Positions 37,419 to 47,268 of a stretch of DNA of 64,000 nt are shown one piece after another; position 1 is the stretch's first letter; each line of letters starts with the position of its first letter. The DNA is from Candidatus Nanosyncoccus sp. (GTDB lineage: Bacteria; Patescibacteriota; Saccharimonadia; Saccharimonadales; Saccharimonadaceae): contig JAZLES010000008.1 in assembly GCA_045615385.1 (NCBI GenBank), forward strand, positions 2,601-66,600, written 5' to 3'. The notes under the pieces are model-generated. The model saw only the letters and a list, made by a program, of their open reading frames with translations. It searched no databases and was not told the DNA's origin. The translations under genes were made by a program, and so were the position numbers.

Positions 37419-37642
37419 ATGGAGCTATTATATTTGGCTATATCGACCCCTCGGTTATGACTTATGCCATCCAAGCTGGTGCCGGTATCGTTATTGCAAT
37501 CGGAGCCTTTGTCGGTTTATATTTCCGAAAAGCCAAGAAAAAAGTTAATAAAAAACTCGGCATCGACGAGAACAAAAATAAAGAAGTCGAATCGGACGAA
37601 ATTGAAGTCAAGAAAACCAAAAAGTCTGACAAAAGTAACTAG
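37415..37642 (+). CDS. Small single-TM protein (YIDP motif, charged tail)
   Basis: ATGA-coupled to the YidC fusion; GYIDPSVMTYAIQAGAGIVIAIG. Confidence 0.7.
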   Translation: MNGAIIFGYIDPSVMTYAIQAGAGIVIAIGAFVGLYFRKAKKKVNKKLGIDENKNKEVESDEIEVKKTKKSDKSN

Positions 37643-37668
37643 TCAAATTTCAAAAATAGGAACATGTT

Positions 37669-38727
37669 ATGTATTACTTAAATCCTAAACTTAAAGATTT
37701 AAACCGAATCTTCGACCAAAACGACAGAAGTAATTATTTGCGCCTAGACCTGAACGAAAATCCTGGAGGATTACCAAAAGATTTAATTGAAAAAGCCCTA
37801 AACGAAATTACACCAGAGTTGGTTGCTGAATATCCAGAAACTAGACATTTTCAAGAAATACTAGCCGATCATCTAGGCGCAAACCCCGAAAATATTTGCC
37901 TAGTTAACGGCTCCGCAGAAGGTATACGTTATATTATTGAAGCTTTCACTAGCGAAGGAGGGCGCATCGTCGGAGTTGTGCCATCCTATCTTATGTTCCA
38001 AATCTATTCAGAAATGTATGGTAGAAACTTTATCAAGGTCCCATACAATGATGACCTGACTATGAATATTGATCATATCATTTCTAAACTTACCGATGAT
38101 ACCCAACTCTTAATCCTATTAAACCCAAATAATCCCATGGGGAATACTTATAGCGAAGAAGAATTCCAAAAAATCCTCAGTGTCGCTAGGGCTAAACAAA
38201 TTACAGTTCTCGTTGATGAAGCTTATCATTATTTCTACCCAAAAACTTTTATTAAATATGCCCTAAACAACGAACATATTTTTATTACGCGAACTTTTTC
38301 TAAATTATTCTCTATGGCCGGATGTAGACTTGGCTATGTCGTCGGTTGGCCACAAGGTATCAAGATGGTGCAAAAACTATGTACGCCGCACAATACTAAC
38401 GTATTTGCTTTAAAAATTGCCGAAACAATCTTTAAGACACCAGGCGCTCTAGACAATTTAATCAATGATTTTAACGAAGGTAGAAGCTATTTTATTGAAT
38501 GGTTAAACAAACACCACTATCAACATCAAGGTAAAGCTGGTAACTTCATCTTTATAAAACCAAAAACCGATGCTAATACCGTCGTTGATCGTATGAAAAA
38601 AGAAAAGAAAATTCTTATCAAAAGCTACCCAAATGTAGGTAGTCTGGGCGACTGCCTGCGTGTATCTATCGGTAGTAAAAAATACATGAAAATCTTCACA
38701 AAAGCATTGTCAGAAATTGATAAATAG
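37669..38727 (+). CDS. PLP-dependent fold-type-I enzyme (HisC/CobD-like aminotransferase or decarboxylase)
   Basis: LDLNENP, NGSAEGI, NPNNPMG, DEAY, RTFSK(PLP)...GCRLG. Confidence 0.85.
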   Translation: MYYLNPKLKDLNRIFDQNDRSNYLRLDLNENPGGLPKDLIEKALNEITPELVAEYPETRHFQEILADHLGANPENICLVNGSAEGIRYIIEAFTSEGGRIVGVVPSYLMFQIYSEMYGRNFIKVPYNDDLTMNIDHIISKLTDDTQLLILLNPNNPMGNTYSEEEFQKILSVARAKQITVLVDEAYHYFYPKTFIKYALNNEHIFITRTFSKLFSMAGCRLGYVVGWPQGIKMVQKLCTPHNTNVFALKIAETIFKTPGALDNLINDFNEGRSYFIEWLNKHHYQHQGKAGNFIFIKPKTDANTVVDRMKKEKKILIKSYPNVGSLGDCLRVSIGSKKYMKIFTKALSEIDK

Positions 38728-38738
38728 GAGTTCGCTAT

Positions 38739-40067
38739 ATGAAAAAAGTTATAACCTACGGCTCGTTCGATTTATTCCATTACGGACACCAACGACTATT
38801 AGAACGCGCCAAAAAACTTGGCGATTATCTCATAGTCGGAGTTACTAGTGACGATTATGATCGTGTCCGCGGAAAAATCAACGTAGCCCAATCGTTAGGT
38901 GAACGCATAGCATCAGTAAAAGCCACCGGTCTTGCTGATATGATCATAATAGAAGAATACGACGGCCAAAAAATTGATGACATCAAAAAATATAACGTTG
39001 ATGTCTTTGCTATTGGCTCTGACTGGAAAGGCAAATTCGATTATTTAGGCAATTATTGTAAAGTAGTTTACCTTGACCGAACCAAAGGCATTTCGAGTTC
39101 AAAAATCCGTTCAGAAAAACGCGCTACTAAACTTGGTCTAGTAGGTGATTCTTGTGCATTTTTTGAAAAATTCCTAAAAGAAAGTAAATTTGTCAATGGT
39201 TTAGAAATCGTTAGTGTTTATCCAGAAAAACTCAAGTCTACAGATCAAGCAATACAAAAGCTCAATCTTAAAGTTTATGAATCTTATGACAACATGTTAA
39301 AAAATGTTGATGCTGTTTATATAAAAACTGATTATTCTAAACGTTTCGATTATATTAAAAACGCTCTCAAAAATGGCAAAAATGTACTTTGCGAATCGCC
39401 AATTTGTCTTGACGAAAACAAATGCCAAGAACTTTTTAAGCTCGCTAAGAAAAACAAATGTGTCTTAATGGAAGCCATACGTACAGCATATACGACCGCT
39501 TATAAACGCCTCGCTCTTTTGTCCGAAATAGGAAAAATCGGAAACGTATTATCAATTGAAGCCACTTGTACAAGTATGCGGAGAAATGACCCTGATCACT
39601 TCGCAAGCCTCTATGAATGGGGACCTAATGCTCTACTTCCTGTTTTCCAAATCCTTGGTACAAACTATCAGACCAAAACAATTATCACACATAAAAATCT
39701 AAAGTTAGCACAAGGTGATGCTTTCACCAAAATTAATTTTATCTATGAACATGCTACTGCCAGTATTACTGTAGCAGAAGGAGCTAAATCAGAAGGTGAC
39801 CTCGTTATATCTGGAGATAAAGCCTATATTTATGTCCCCGCTCCTTGGTGGAAAACTGAGTATTTTGAACTACGCTACGAAGACCCAGCTTATAATCGTC
39901 GATACTTTTACCAGTTAGACGGCGAAGGAATCCGTTATGAGCTAGTTGAATTCCTTCAATCTATGAAAGATGGTAAAGATGTTCCTCGCATAGATTACAA
40001 TACTACTCTTGCAATTTGCAAAGTTATGCAAGATTTTAAAGCACAAAAAGATTTAATCAAAATTTAG
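38739..40067 (+). CDS. TagD-like cytidylyltransferase fused to a Gfo/Idh/MocA oxidoreductase
   Basis: YGSFDLFHYGH...GSDW...RTKGISSS; then GLVG...KNVLCESP...MEAIRT. Confidence 0.85.
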   Translation: MKKVITYGSFDLFHYGHQRLLERAKKLGDYLIVGVTSDDYDRVRGKINVAQSLGERIASVKATGLADMIIIEEYDGQKIDDIKKYNVDVFAIGSDWKGKFDYLGNYCKVVYLDRTKGISSSKIRSEKRATKLGLVGDSCAFFEKFLKESKFVNGLEIVSVYPEKLKSTDQAIQKLNLKVYESYDNMLKNVDAVYIKTDYSKRFDYIKNALKNGKNVLCESPICLDENKCQELFKLAKKNKCVLMEAIRTAYTTAYKRLALLSEIGKIGNVLSIEATCTSMRRNDPDHFASLYEWGPNALLPVFQILGTNYQTKTIITHKNLKLAQGDAFTKINFIYEHATASITVAEGAKSEGDLVISGDKAYIYVPAPWWKTEYFELRYEDPAYNRRYFYQLDGEGIRYELVEFLQSMKDGKDVPRIDYNTTLAICKVMQDFKAQKDLIKI

Positions 40068-40106
40068 CCAAATAGAATCTCCCAATTTTGTGGTAAAATT
40101 ATAGAT

Positions 40107-40919
40107 ATGAATATACCCCGTATATTAAATAAAAAAAATCGCGTTCTTCTAGCTGAGCTGACTAAGACCGATTTCAAACTCAGATACCAAGGCTCGGTCC
40201 TCGGTTACCTATGGGCTTTACTACGCCCACTCATGATGTTTGCTATTTTGTATATTGTTTTTGCAAAACTTTTAAAATTCGGTGGAGATATTCCTCATTA
40301 CCCAGTATACCTCTTAGCCGGAACTACTATGTGGAGCTTCTTTACAGAATGTACTTCTCAAGGCATCCAAGCAATGGTTGTCCGTGGTGATCTTATTCGA
40401 AAAATCAGCTTTCCTAAATATATTGTTGTAGTTTCTGCTACTCTAACCGCCGTCATTAATATGCTCATTAATTTAGTCGTCGTTATTATTTTTGCTTTAA
40501 TTAACGGCGTGACAATTAGCTGGACCTGGTTACTCGTTCCGCTTTCCCTCGCTGAACTATATATTCTAGCCCTTGGTATCTCTTTCCTACTTGGAGCCAT
40601 TAATGTAAAGTATCGCGACGTCACTTCTATTTGGGACGTTTGTATTCAAGCTCTTTTCTATGCCGTTCCAATCATTTATCCAATTTCTATGGTTGTAGAA
40701 AGTAGCACCCTCGCCGCCAAAGTTATCCTCTTAAATCCAATTGCCCAAGCCATTCAAGATATTCGTCATAACCTTATCACGCCCGAAACTATTACTACTT
40801 GGAATTTTATCAATAACCACTTCTTCCAATTCTTACCAATTATTTTCATTATTGTCATTTTAATTTTTGCCGTTCTCTTTTTCCGTAAAAAATCTAAATA
40901 CTTTGCGGAGGAAATTTAA
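40107..40919 (+). CDS. wzm: ABC-2 polysaccharide exporter permease (Wzm/RgpC/TagG-like)
   Basis: FKLRYQGSVLGYLWALLRP, KYRD, FYAVPIIYP. Confidence 0.92.
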   Translation: MNIPRILNKKNRVLLAELTKTDFKLRYQGSVLGYLWALLRPLMMFAILYIVFAKLLKFGGDIPHYPVYLLAGTTMWSFFTECTSQGIQAMVVRGDLIRKISFPKYIVVVSATLTAVINMLINLVVVIIFALINGVTISWTWLLVPLSLAELYILALGISFLLGAINVKYRDVTSIWDVCIQALFYAVPIIYPISMVVESSTLAAKVILLNPIAQAIQDIRHNLITPETITTWNFINNHFFQFLPIIFIIVILIFAVLFFRKKSKYFAEEI

Positions 40920-42172
40920 TGAAAAAAAATCTTGGCACACGTACTGAAATAAATAATCCAAACGATAATACCGCTATAAAAGTAGAAAACCTTTCTAAGA
41001 GTTTTAAACTACCCATTAATCGCTCAAATAATCTAAAAAGCTCAATTTTTAATTTAATACGTGGCAATAAAGGTTATAAAAAACAGCAAGTTCTTAAAAA
41101 TATCGATTTAGAAATCAAACGTGGCGAATTTCTTGGTATTGTTGGTCGCAATGGTTCCGGAAAATCTACCCTTCTAAAAATTCTTGCCGGTATCTATTAT
41201 CCAGAAAAAGGCAAAATCACAATTAACGGTAATCTTATTCCCTTCATTGAGCTAGGCGTCGGCTTCAACCCAGATTTAACCGGTCGAGAAAACGTTTACT
41301 TAAATGGTGCATTGCTTGGCTTTTCTAATCACGAAATCGACAACATGTATGATGAAATTGTTAAGTTTGCTGAACTAGAAGAATTTATGGACCAAAAACT
41401 TAAAAACTTTTCCTCTGGCATGCAAGTCCGTCTCGCTTTTTCAATTGCTATTAAGGCCCAAGGAGATATCCTAGTACTCGACGAAGTTCTTGCCGTCGGT
41501 GACGAAGCTTTCCAAAACAAATGCAACCAATTCTTTAATAAAATAAAAAAAGATAAAACTAAAACTGTCGTTCTTGTCACGCATTCAATGGAAAACGTCC
41601 GTAAGTATTGTGATCATGCAATTCTCATACGTGATGGCATTATTACAATAGATGGTAGCCCAGAAGATGTGGCAAATAATTATAGTCTTGAAAACACCGA
41701 ACGTTATTCCAGTAATTTTAACAGACTCAATCAAAAAGAATCCGTTATTGAAAACCTCAAAGTCACTCTCGAATCGCCAGACATCATCAGCCAAAAGGAT
41801 AAAATTAAAATTAATATTGCATATGACACCAACGAAGATATCGCTACTCACGTTGCAATAACTTTATGGGATATCATTCGTAGCCAATCATTAATAAATA
41901 GTAATTCGAAAAAATACCCAACTATTGGTAAGAAACACCACACTATTTCTTTTGAAGCAAATCTCGACGAATTAAACGACACCAATATCCGAGCTTACGT
42001 TTCGATTCGCAATCAAGACGGTGATATTTTAGCCTATAGCCAAGAAAACGAATCACCCACTTTTATCTTCCGACGTTCAGATTACCCAGATTCTAAGAAT
42101 AAAACTACAAATGCTATATTATTTAATCGTGGAGAGTACGAAAACCATGAGAAAAAATCCAGTCAACAATAA
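40919..42172 (+). CDS. wzt: ABC polysaccharide exporter ATPase with a C-terminal Wzt-C-like domain
   Basis: GRNGSGKS, FSSGMQVRLAF, LDEVLAVGD. Confidence 0.92.
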   Translation: MKKNLGTRTEINNPNDNTAIKVENLSKSFKLPINRSNNLKSSIFNLIRGNKGYKKQQVLKNIDLEIKRGEFLGIVGRNGSGKSTLLKILAGIYYPEKGKITINGNLIPFIELGVGFNPDLTGRENVYLNGALLGFSNHEIDNMYDEIVKFAELEEFMDQKLKNFSSGMQVRLAFSIAIKAQGDILVLDEVLAVGDEAFQNKCNQFFNKIKKDKTKTVVLVTHSMENVRKYCDHAILIRDGIITIDGSPEDVANNYSLENTERYSSNFNRLNQKESVIENLKVTLESPDIISQKDKIKINIAYDTNEDIATHVAITLWDIIRSQSLINSNSKKYPTIGKKHHTISFEANLDELNDTNIRAYVSIRNQDGDILAYSQENESPTFIFRRSDYPDSKNKTTNAILFNRGEYENHEKKSSQQ

Positions 42173-43361
42173 TATTGCAGTTGTCTGTGATGATTTAACC
42201 GAATTTTTCGTCATCAAAAGTATTATTGATAGACTAAATAAATTAGATATTCCAGTTGACATCATCGTTCCTTCAGACAGTGGATATAATAATTTAGCTA
42301 ATCATACTATTACAAAAATCAAAGAATTAGGTTATTCTCCTTTAGATAATGCTCCTAAAGACAAATTATATAAAATACTCCTCACGCCATATCCGGGTTT
42401 AGATGTAGTAAAACGACTAAAATATATTTATCACATACGTTATCCCTATGGAGCCGTCTCTACCAAACCTAACCCCACTTATTTACCCAGTACTAGAATA
42501 GATTATGATGCTATCATATCTTTTAATACTTTTGATCAGACTTTTCTTAATGCCTACGGAGCTACAGTCTACCCTGTACCATATTGGCGTTATCATAATT
42601 TTAAAAAAGATGCCAAGACTCATTCAAAACCGGTCCTCCTTATCCTTCCTACTTTTGGAGCAGATACCAGCTGCGCCAATAAGTTTACTGATTCAGCTAT
42701 CGATGAAATCAAAAAACATTTTTTTGTCATAGTTAAAGCTCACCATGCTATTCATTTCGGTTATGACGGAGATCAAACCATCAATAATCTCAAAAAAATA
42801 GCAGACGAGTATTATGATTCAGACATCCCGATTGATCAATTATTAAAAAAAGCCGATCTAGTCCTGTCCGACAATTCAGGAGCAATTTTCGAAGCAATTT
42901 GTGCCGACACTCCTGTTGCTTTATTCGCCGACAATCTCAATGCCAGAAAATTCCACACAATCGACACTCCTCAATATATTTATGCTCATCAAGGCATCTT
43001 ACCCCACACCAACCAAGCTGAACAGGTTCTACCAATGCTTCTATCGATTCAACCTTTTTATAAAAAACAGCAAACTCTTAAAAAACAATTGTTTTTACAG
43101 ATATCAAACAATCCATATAAAAATTTTATTAAAATTATCAAATACTATCTAACCTTAGACGAAACCAAAGATTTTCATAAAGTCTTACATGATGCCATGG
43201 TTAAAGAATGGTATCATGATAAACAAACAATTTTAGATCAAAAAACTAAAATTGAAGAACTAACTGCCACTATCAATAATCTCTATAATTCAAATAGTTG
43301 GAAGATTACAAAACCCTTAAGGACTATCAAAATACGGAGTAAAAATCATGTTAAAAAATAA
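42147..43361 (+). CDS. CDP-glycerol glycerophosphotransferase-like (GT-B) protein with a coiled-coil tail
   Basis: LILPTF, VKAHH, ADLVLSDNSGAIFEA; ends NSNSWKITKPLR. Confidence 0.7.
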   Translation: MRKNPVNNNIAVVCDDLTEFFVIKSIIDRLNKLDIPVDIIVPSDSGYNNLANHTITKIKELGYSPLDNAPKDKLYKILLTPYPGLDVVKRLKYIYHIRYPYGAVSTKPNPTYLPSTRIDYDAIISFNTFDQTFLNAYGATVYPVPYWRYHNFKKDAKTHSKPVLLILPTFGADTSCANKFTDSAIDEIKKHFFVIVKAHHAIHFGYDGDQTINNLKKIADEYYDSDIPIDQLLKKADLVLSDNSGAIFEAICADTPVALFADNLNARKFHTIDTPQYIYAHQGILPHTNQAEQVLPMLLSIQPFYKKQQTLKKQLFLQISNNPYKNFIKIIKYYLTLDETKDFHKVLHDAMVKEWYHDKQTILDQKTKIEELTATINNLYNSNSWKITKPLRTIKIRSKNHVKK

Positions 43362-44637
43362 ACGTATTCTTATTACACAACCAATTATTCGGGGTTTTAA
43401 TGGCTCTACTCTCTTAACACTAGAGCTAGCCGACGCTCTTCAAAAAATCGGAGCCAAAGTTACTCTATATACCTGCAACTATACAAAACCAGCTTCCACT
43501 TTTTTTCAAAAAGCCAATCTCCACGTCGATACACTTCAAGATAATCCAGATTACAAATTATCAGATTTTGACTATATCTGGATTCATTCACAAATCTTAC
43601 CGACTAGCATTATTAAGGATTTATCCTATAAACATTCTAAAATACCTTCATTTATCTTTTTGCATATGTCTGGTATGGATTGGATCCCCGATGAAAAACC
43701 TTGGATTTATAATTTAGAAAATCAACTCTCTGGCTTATCACTCTTTATTTCTGAAGAAGTATTAGAAGTTAATAAACCATTTCTTGATTCTTCAATCCCT
43801 ACTGCATTCTTCCGTAATCCAGCTCCAAAAGAATATCTCCAAATCGGATCAACCCCTTCTCCGAACCTACAAAAACTTCTCATCGTTTCCAATCATCCAC
43901 CCAAAGAAGTTTTAGAAGCCAAAAAAATACTTATCGAAAAATACCATCTCAACGTTTCTATTCTTGGCGAAAGCCAAGACAAATATACCCTCATGAGCCC
44001 ATCAATCCTCAACCAATATGATGCCGTACTCACAATTGCTAAAACCGTCCCTTATTGTTTACTCGCTAACAAACCGGTATATATATATGATGCCTTTGGT
44101 GGCGGTCCAGGTTGGCTTAATAAAAATAATTATAACCAAGCCAAATATCGTAATTTTTCTGGCTATCAAAACCACCTTTTCCCTAATTATGAAGGCAAAT
44201 GTTTTTCCTTTAAAAAACCTGAACAAATTTCACAAGAAATTATCAATGGTTATAAAGACGCTTTGCTTTTTCAAACATCACAACACGAAGAATTTATCCA
44301 AGATTTTTCTCTAGAACAAGTTATTCCTAACATTTTTCAATCCGTCCAACAAAGAAATATTACACCCTTTCCTAAATCATATACCGAATCTGTTATCGCT
44401 TCTCAATTGTTTGCATTTAATCGTTTTGAAGCAGTTAGCCTCTTATATGAACGCGATGCAAATATTAACCATTTACTCAAAGAGGTCAACAAACTCCGCA
44501 TATCCAATACAACTCTTTCTCATTATAAAAAATCTGCCGAAGCCGTCTTCTCATCTCGAGCATATCGTTTATTTAACCAATTTATTAAACCATATCAAAA
44601 AATAAAGTATCGGCAAGATAGAGGTAAAAAACCATGA
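43348..44637 (+). CDS. Putative GT-B glycosyltransferase
   Basis: GFNGSTLLTLELA N-terminus, LLIVSNH, YDAFGGGPGW; coiled-coil tail. Confidence 0.6.
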   Translation: MLKNKRILITQPIIRGFNGSTLLTLELADALQKIGAKVTLYTCNYTKPASTFFQKANLHVDTLQDNPDYKLSDFDYIWIHSQILPTSIIKDLSYKHSKIPSFIFLHMSGMDWIPDEKPWIYNLENQLSGLSLFISEEVLEVNKPFLDSSIPTAFFRNPAPKEYLQIGSTPSPNLQKLLIVSNHPPKEVLEAKKILIEKYHLNVSILGESQDKYTLMSPSILNQYDAVLTIAKTVPYCLLANKPVYIYDAFGGGPGWLNKNNYNQAKYRNFSGYQNHLFPNYEGKCFSFKKPEQISQEIINGYKDALLFQTSQHEEFIQDFSLEQVIPNIFQSVQQRNITPFPKSYTESVIASQLFAFNRFEAVSLLYERDANINHLLKEVNKLRISNTTLSHYKKSAEAVFSSRAYRLFNQFIKPYQKIKYRQDRGKKP

Positions 44638-45083
44638 CAAAAGAATCTAATAACAAAAAACCAATTATCGGCTACACTGCCGGCGTTTATGATATGTTTC
44701 ATATTGGGCATCTTAATGTCATTCGCAACGCAAAAGCCCAATGTGATTATTTAATCGTAGCAGTTAGCACTGATGAATTAGTAAAAAAAGAAAAAAACAA
44801 AACCCCAGTCATCCCATTTGAAGAGCGCAAAGAAATTGTCGCCGCCATAAAGTATGTAGATGAAGTTGTGCCCCAAACCGACAAAAACAAATTAGGTGCT
44901 TGGCAAAAATATAAATTCGATAAAATGTTCGTCGGTTCAGATTGGCAAAATACCCCTCAATGGAAAAAATACGAAGAAGAACTAAACCCTCATGGTGTAG
45001 AAATTGTCTACCTTCCACATACTGATGGTATATCTAGCACCGAATTAGCATCATTAATCAAAAAGCTTTTACCTCATGAATAA
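44634..45083 (+). CDS. tagD: Glycerol-3-phosphate cytidylyltransferase-like
   Basis: GVYDMFHIGHLN, GSDW, HTDGISST. Confidence 0.85.
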   Translation: MTKESNNKKPIIGYTAGVYDMFHIGHLNVIRNAKAQCDYLIVAVSTDELVKKEKNKTPVIPFEERKEIVAAIKYVDEVVPQTDKNKLGAWQKYKFDKMFVGSDWQNTPQWKKYEEELNPHGVEIVYLPHTDGISSTELASLIKKLLPHE

Positions 45084-46110
45084 GAATGAAAAATATCGCA
45101 TCAAATATGTTGATATTCTAAGGGCAATCGCAATCATTTTAGTCGTTGCTGGACATATACCCTATGTCAACTTCAACGCAGATCTCCACAAATGGATTTA
45201 TGCTTTTCACATCCCACTATTCTTTTTTATTTCCGGTATCTCACTTTCTTTTATCGATTATTCAAAAATAAGTTTTAAACAACTTTTTTTAAAACGATTT
45301 CATAGGATTTATTTACCATTTTTAATATGGGGGATTCTTCTAGCAATTCCTAGCTTTAGTCTATGGACAGTCCCAAAAATTCTTTATGGTACTCACCAAT
45401 CACTAGCCTCCGTCACGAATAGCTCTTTGTGGTTTTTACCCGTACTTTTTGTCAGTATAATCACAGCTGATTTTGTTTTAATTATATTAGCCAAGAAAAA
45501 GTCTCTTTCGAAACTTCCCCTTATCTTAATTATTTTCTTACTTTTAGCATTAATTGTACCATCACAACCAACAATTCAGAATATCCTAGGCGGACATAAT
45601 CTACCATTTGGCATTGATATCGCTCCAATGACAATAGTGTTTCTACTACTTGGCTATCTGTATCAAACCCATCAAAAAACTCCCAAAAAACCACTCAAAA
45701 TATATATTTCAATTCCAATTATCATTATTTCATTCTTGCTAACTCTTTATTTTGGCTTAAATAACAATATCAGCTATGTCCTCATGGCAGAAAACCGTTA
45801 TGGCAATTATTTGTTCTTTTTCATTGCAGCCTTTGCTGGAATAATTGCCAGCATTTTAATATCATTCATTATCGAAAAATATACCAAACATCTAGCAAAT
45901 CTCATGCAAAAAATCGGTTCAGATACTTTACTAACATTTATTCTACATAAATATCCGCTTCAATGGTCCATCAATCTTCTCGCTCTTATTACAACATCTT
46001 ATATTTCGAACTGGTTCATCGTTCCGTATTGTCTACTATTCACAATGCCAACCTGCATGCTGTTCTCATATTTAATCAAAAAGTATGCGCCCATTCTCGC
46101 CGGAAAATAA
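45076..46110 (+). CDS. Acyltransferase-3 family O-acyltransferase
   Basis: DILRAIAIILVVAGH, FHIPLFFFISG, LWFL; about 10 TMs. Confidence 0.9.
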   Translation: MNKNEKYRIKYVDILRAIAIILVVAGHIPYVNFNADLHKWIYAFHIPLFFFISGISLSFIDYSKISFKQLFLKRFHRIYLPFLIWGILLAIPSFSLWTVPKILYGTHQSLASVTNSSLWFLPVLFVSIITADFVLIILAKKKSLSKLPLILIIFLLLALIVPSQPTIQNILGGHNLPFGIDIAPMTIVFLLLGYLYQTHQKTPKKPLKIYISIPIIIISFLLTLYFGLNNNISYVLMAENRYGNYLFFFIAAFAGIIASILISFIIEKYTKHLANLMQKIGSDTLLTFILHKYPLQWSINLLALITTSYISNWFIVPYCLLFTMPTCMLFSYLIKKYAPILAGK

Positions 46111-46124
46111 ACTTTAATTTATTT

Positions 46125-47267
46125 CTAAATCAATTCTTCAACTAGGTCTAAAGCATTCTTAATTGCTTTGTCCATATCCCAATATTGATATGCTCCAAGT
46201 CGTCCACCTAAGGTTAAATTTGGGTATTTCTTTTTCGCTAGTTCCACATATTCTTCATACAATTTTGCCGACTCTTCATTATTCACCGGATAATAAGCTT
46301 CTCCGCCTTTCTCAAAATCCGCCGGATACTCTCGCGCGACATAAGATATCTTTTGTCTAATTATTTCTAGCTGATGCACTTGATAATATTTATAATCATG
46401 TGCTCTCGTATATGGTACATCCTTATCGGCCTCATTTATCACCGCTTCACCAAGACCACTTTCTGTTCTTTCTTCTTCAAATTTTAACGATCTCCAAGGC
46501 AACACACCTAATTCGTAATCACAAAGTTCATCAATTTGCCCACAATAAATTATTTTTACATTTTTAAGCAATTTTTTTTCAATATTCCTAAAATCCGTAT
46601 TCAATTTTACTTCAATATTTTTTGAATCAAGCATCCTTTCGACTATCTTTGTGTAGCCATCTTTTGGAATACCTTGATATTTTGCCGTCATAAAATAGCG
46701 ATTATCATGTGAAAATCTCACTGGTATCCGACTTAGTATTTCTGCTGACAAATTTTTCGCAGAAGTATTCCACTGTTTTTCCGTATAATTTTTCAAAAAT
46801 GCCGTATAGAGTTTTTCTCCTACCAAACTAATTCCTTTTTCCTCAAAATTCTTTGGCCTAGTAATGCCATACTTCTCACTGTCCCGTTTTGCTTCCTTCG
46901 CCACATACTTCTCTGCCTCCTCCGCATCCATATCCATCCCATATAACAAATTAATCGTGTCAAGATTAATTGGCATCGGATACAATTTCCCATCATGCCG
47001 CGTATCTACCGTGTGTATATAATCATTAAACTCCGTGAATTTCGTAATATAACCCCAAACTTCATCCATTTCCGTATGAAAAATATGTGAGCCATATTTA
47101 TGTACTTCAATTCCCGTCTCTTCATCAGTATAAGAATAAATGTTTCCAGCTAGATGCGGTCGCCTTTCAATCACCAACACTTTTTTACCTAAGCTCGCCA
47201 ACCTTTCCGCTACCGTTGCACCAAAAATCCCCGCCCCCACTACCAAATAGTCATATTTAGTTTCCAT
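46125..47267 (-). CDS. glf: UDP-galactopyranose mutase
   Basis: GAGIFG, HKYGSHIFHT, YYPVN, GRLGAYQYWDMD. Confidence 0.95.
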   Translation of the reverse strand: METKYDYLVVGAGIFGATVAERLASLGKKVLVIERRPHLAGNIYSYTDEETGIEVHKYGSHIFHTEMDEVWGYITKFTEFNDYIHTVDTRHDGKLYPMPINLDTINLLYGMDMDAEEAEKYVAKEAKRDSEKYGITRPKNFEEKGISLVGEKLYTAFLKNYTEKQWNTSAKNLSAEILSRIPVRFSHDNRYFMTAKYQGIPKDGYTKIVERMLDSKNIEVKLNTDFRNIEKKLLKNVKIIYCGQIDELCDYELGVLPWRSLKFEEERTESGLGEAVINEADKDVPYTRAHDYKYYQVHQLEIIRQKISYVAREYPADFEKGGEAYYPVNNEESAKLYEEYVELAKKKYPNLTLGGRLGAYQYWDMDKAIKNALDLVEELI

Positions 47268-47268
47268 G

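Noticed and set aside
37669-38727. Annotation as hisC of histidine biosynthesis
   Set aside because: No other his genes in the window and it sits inside a glycan operon; symbol withheld
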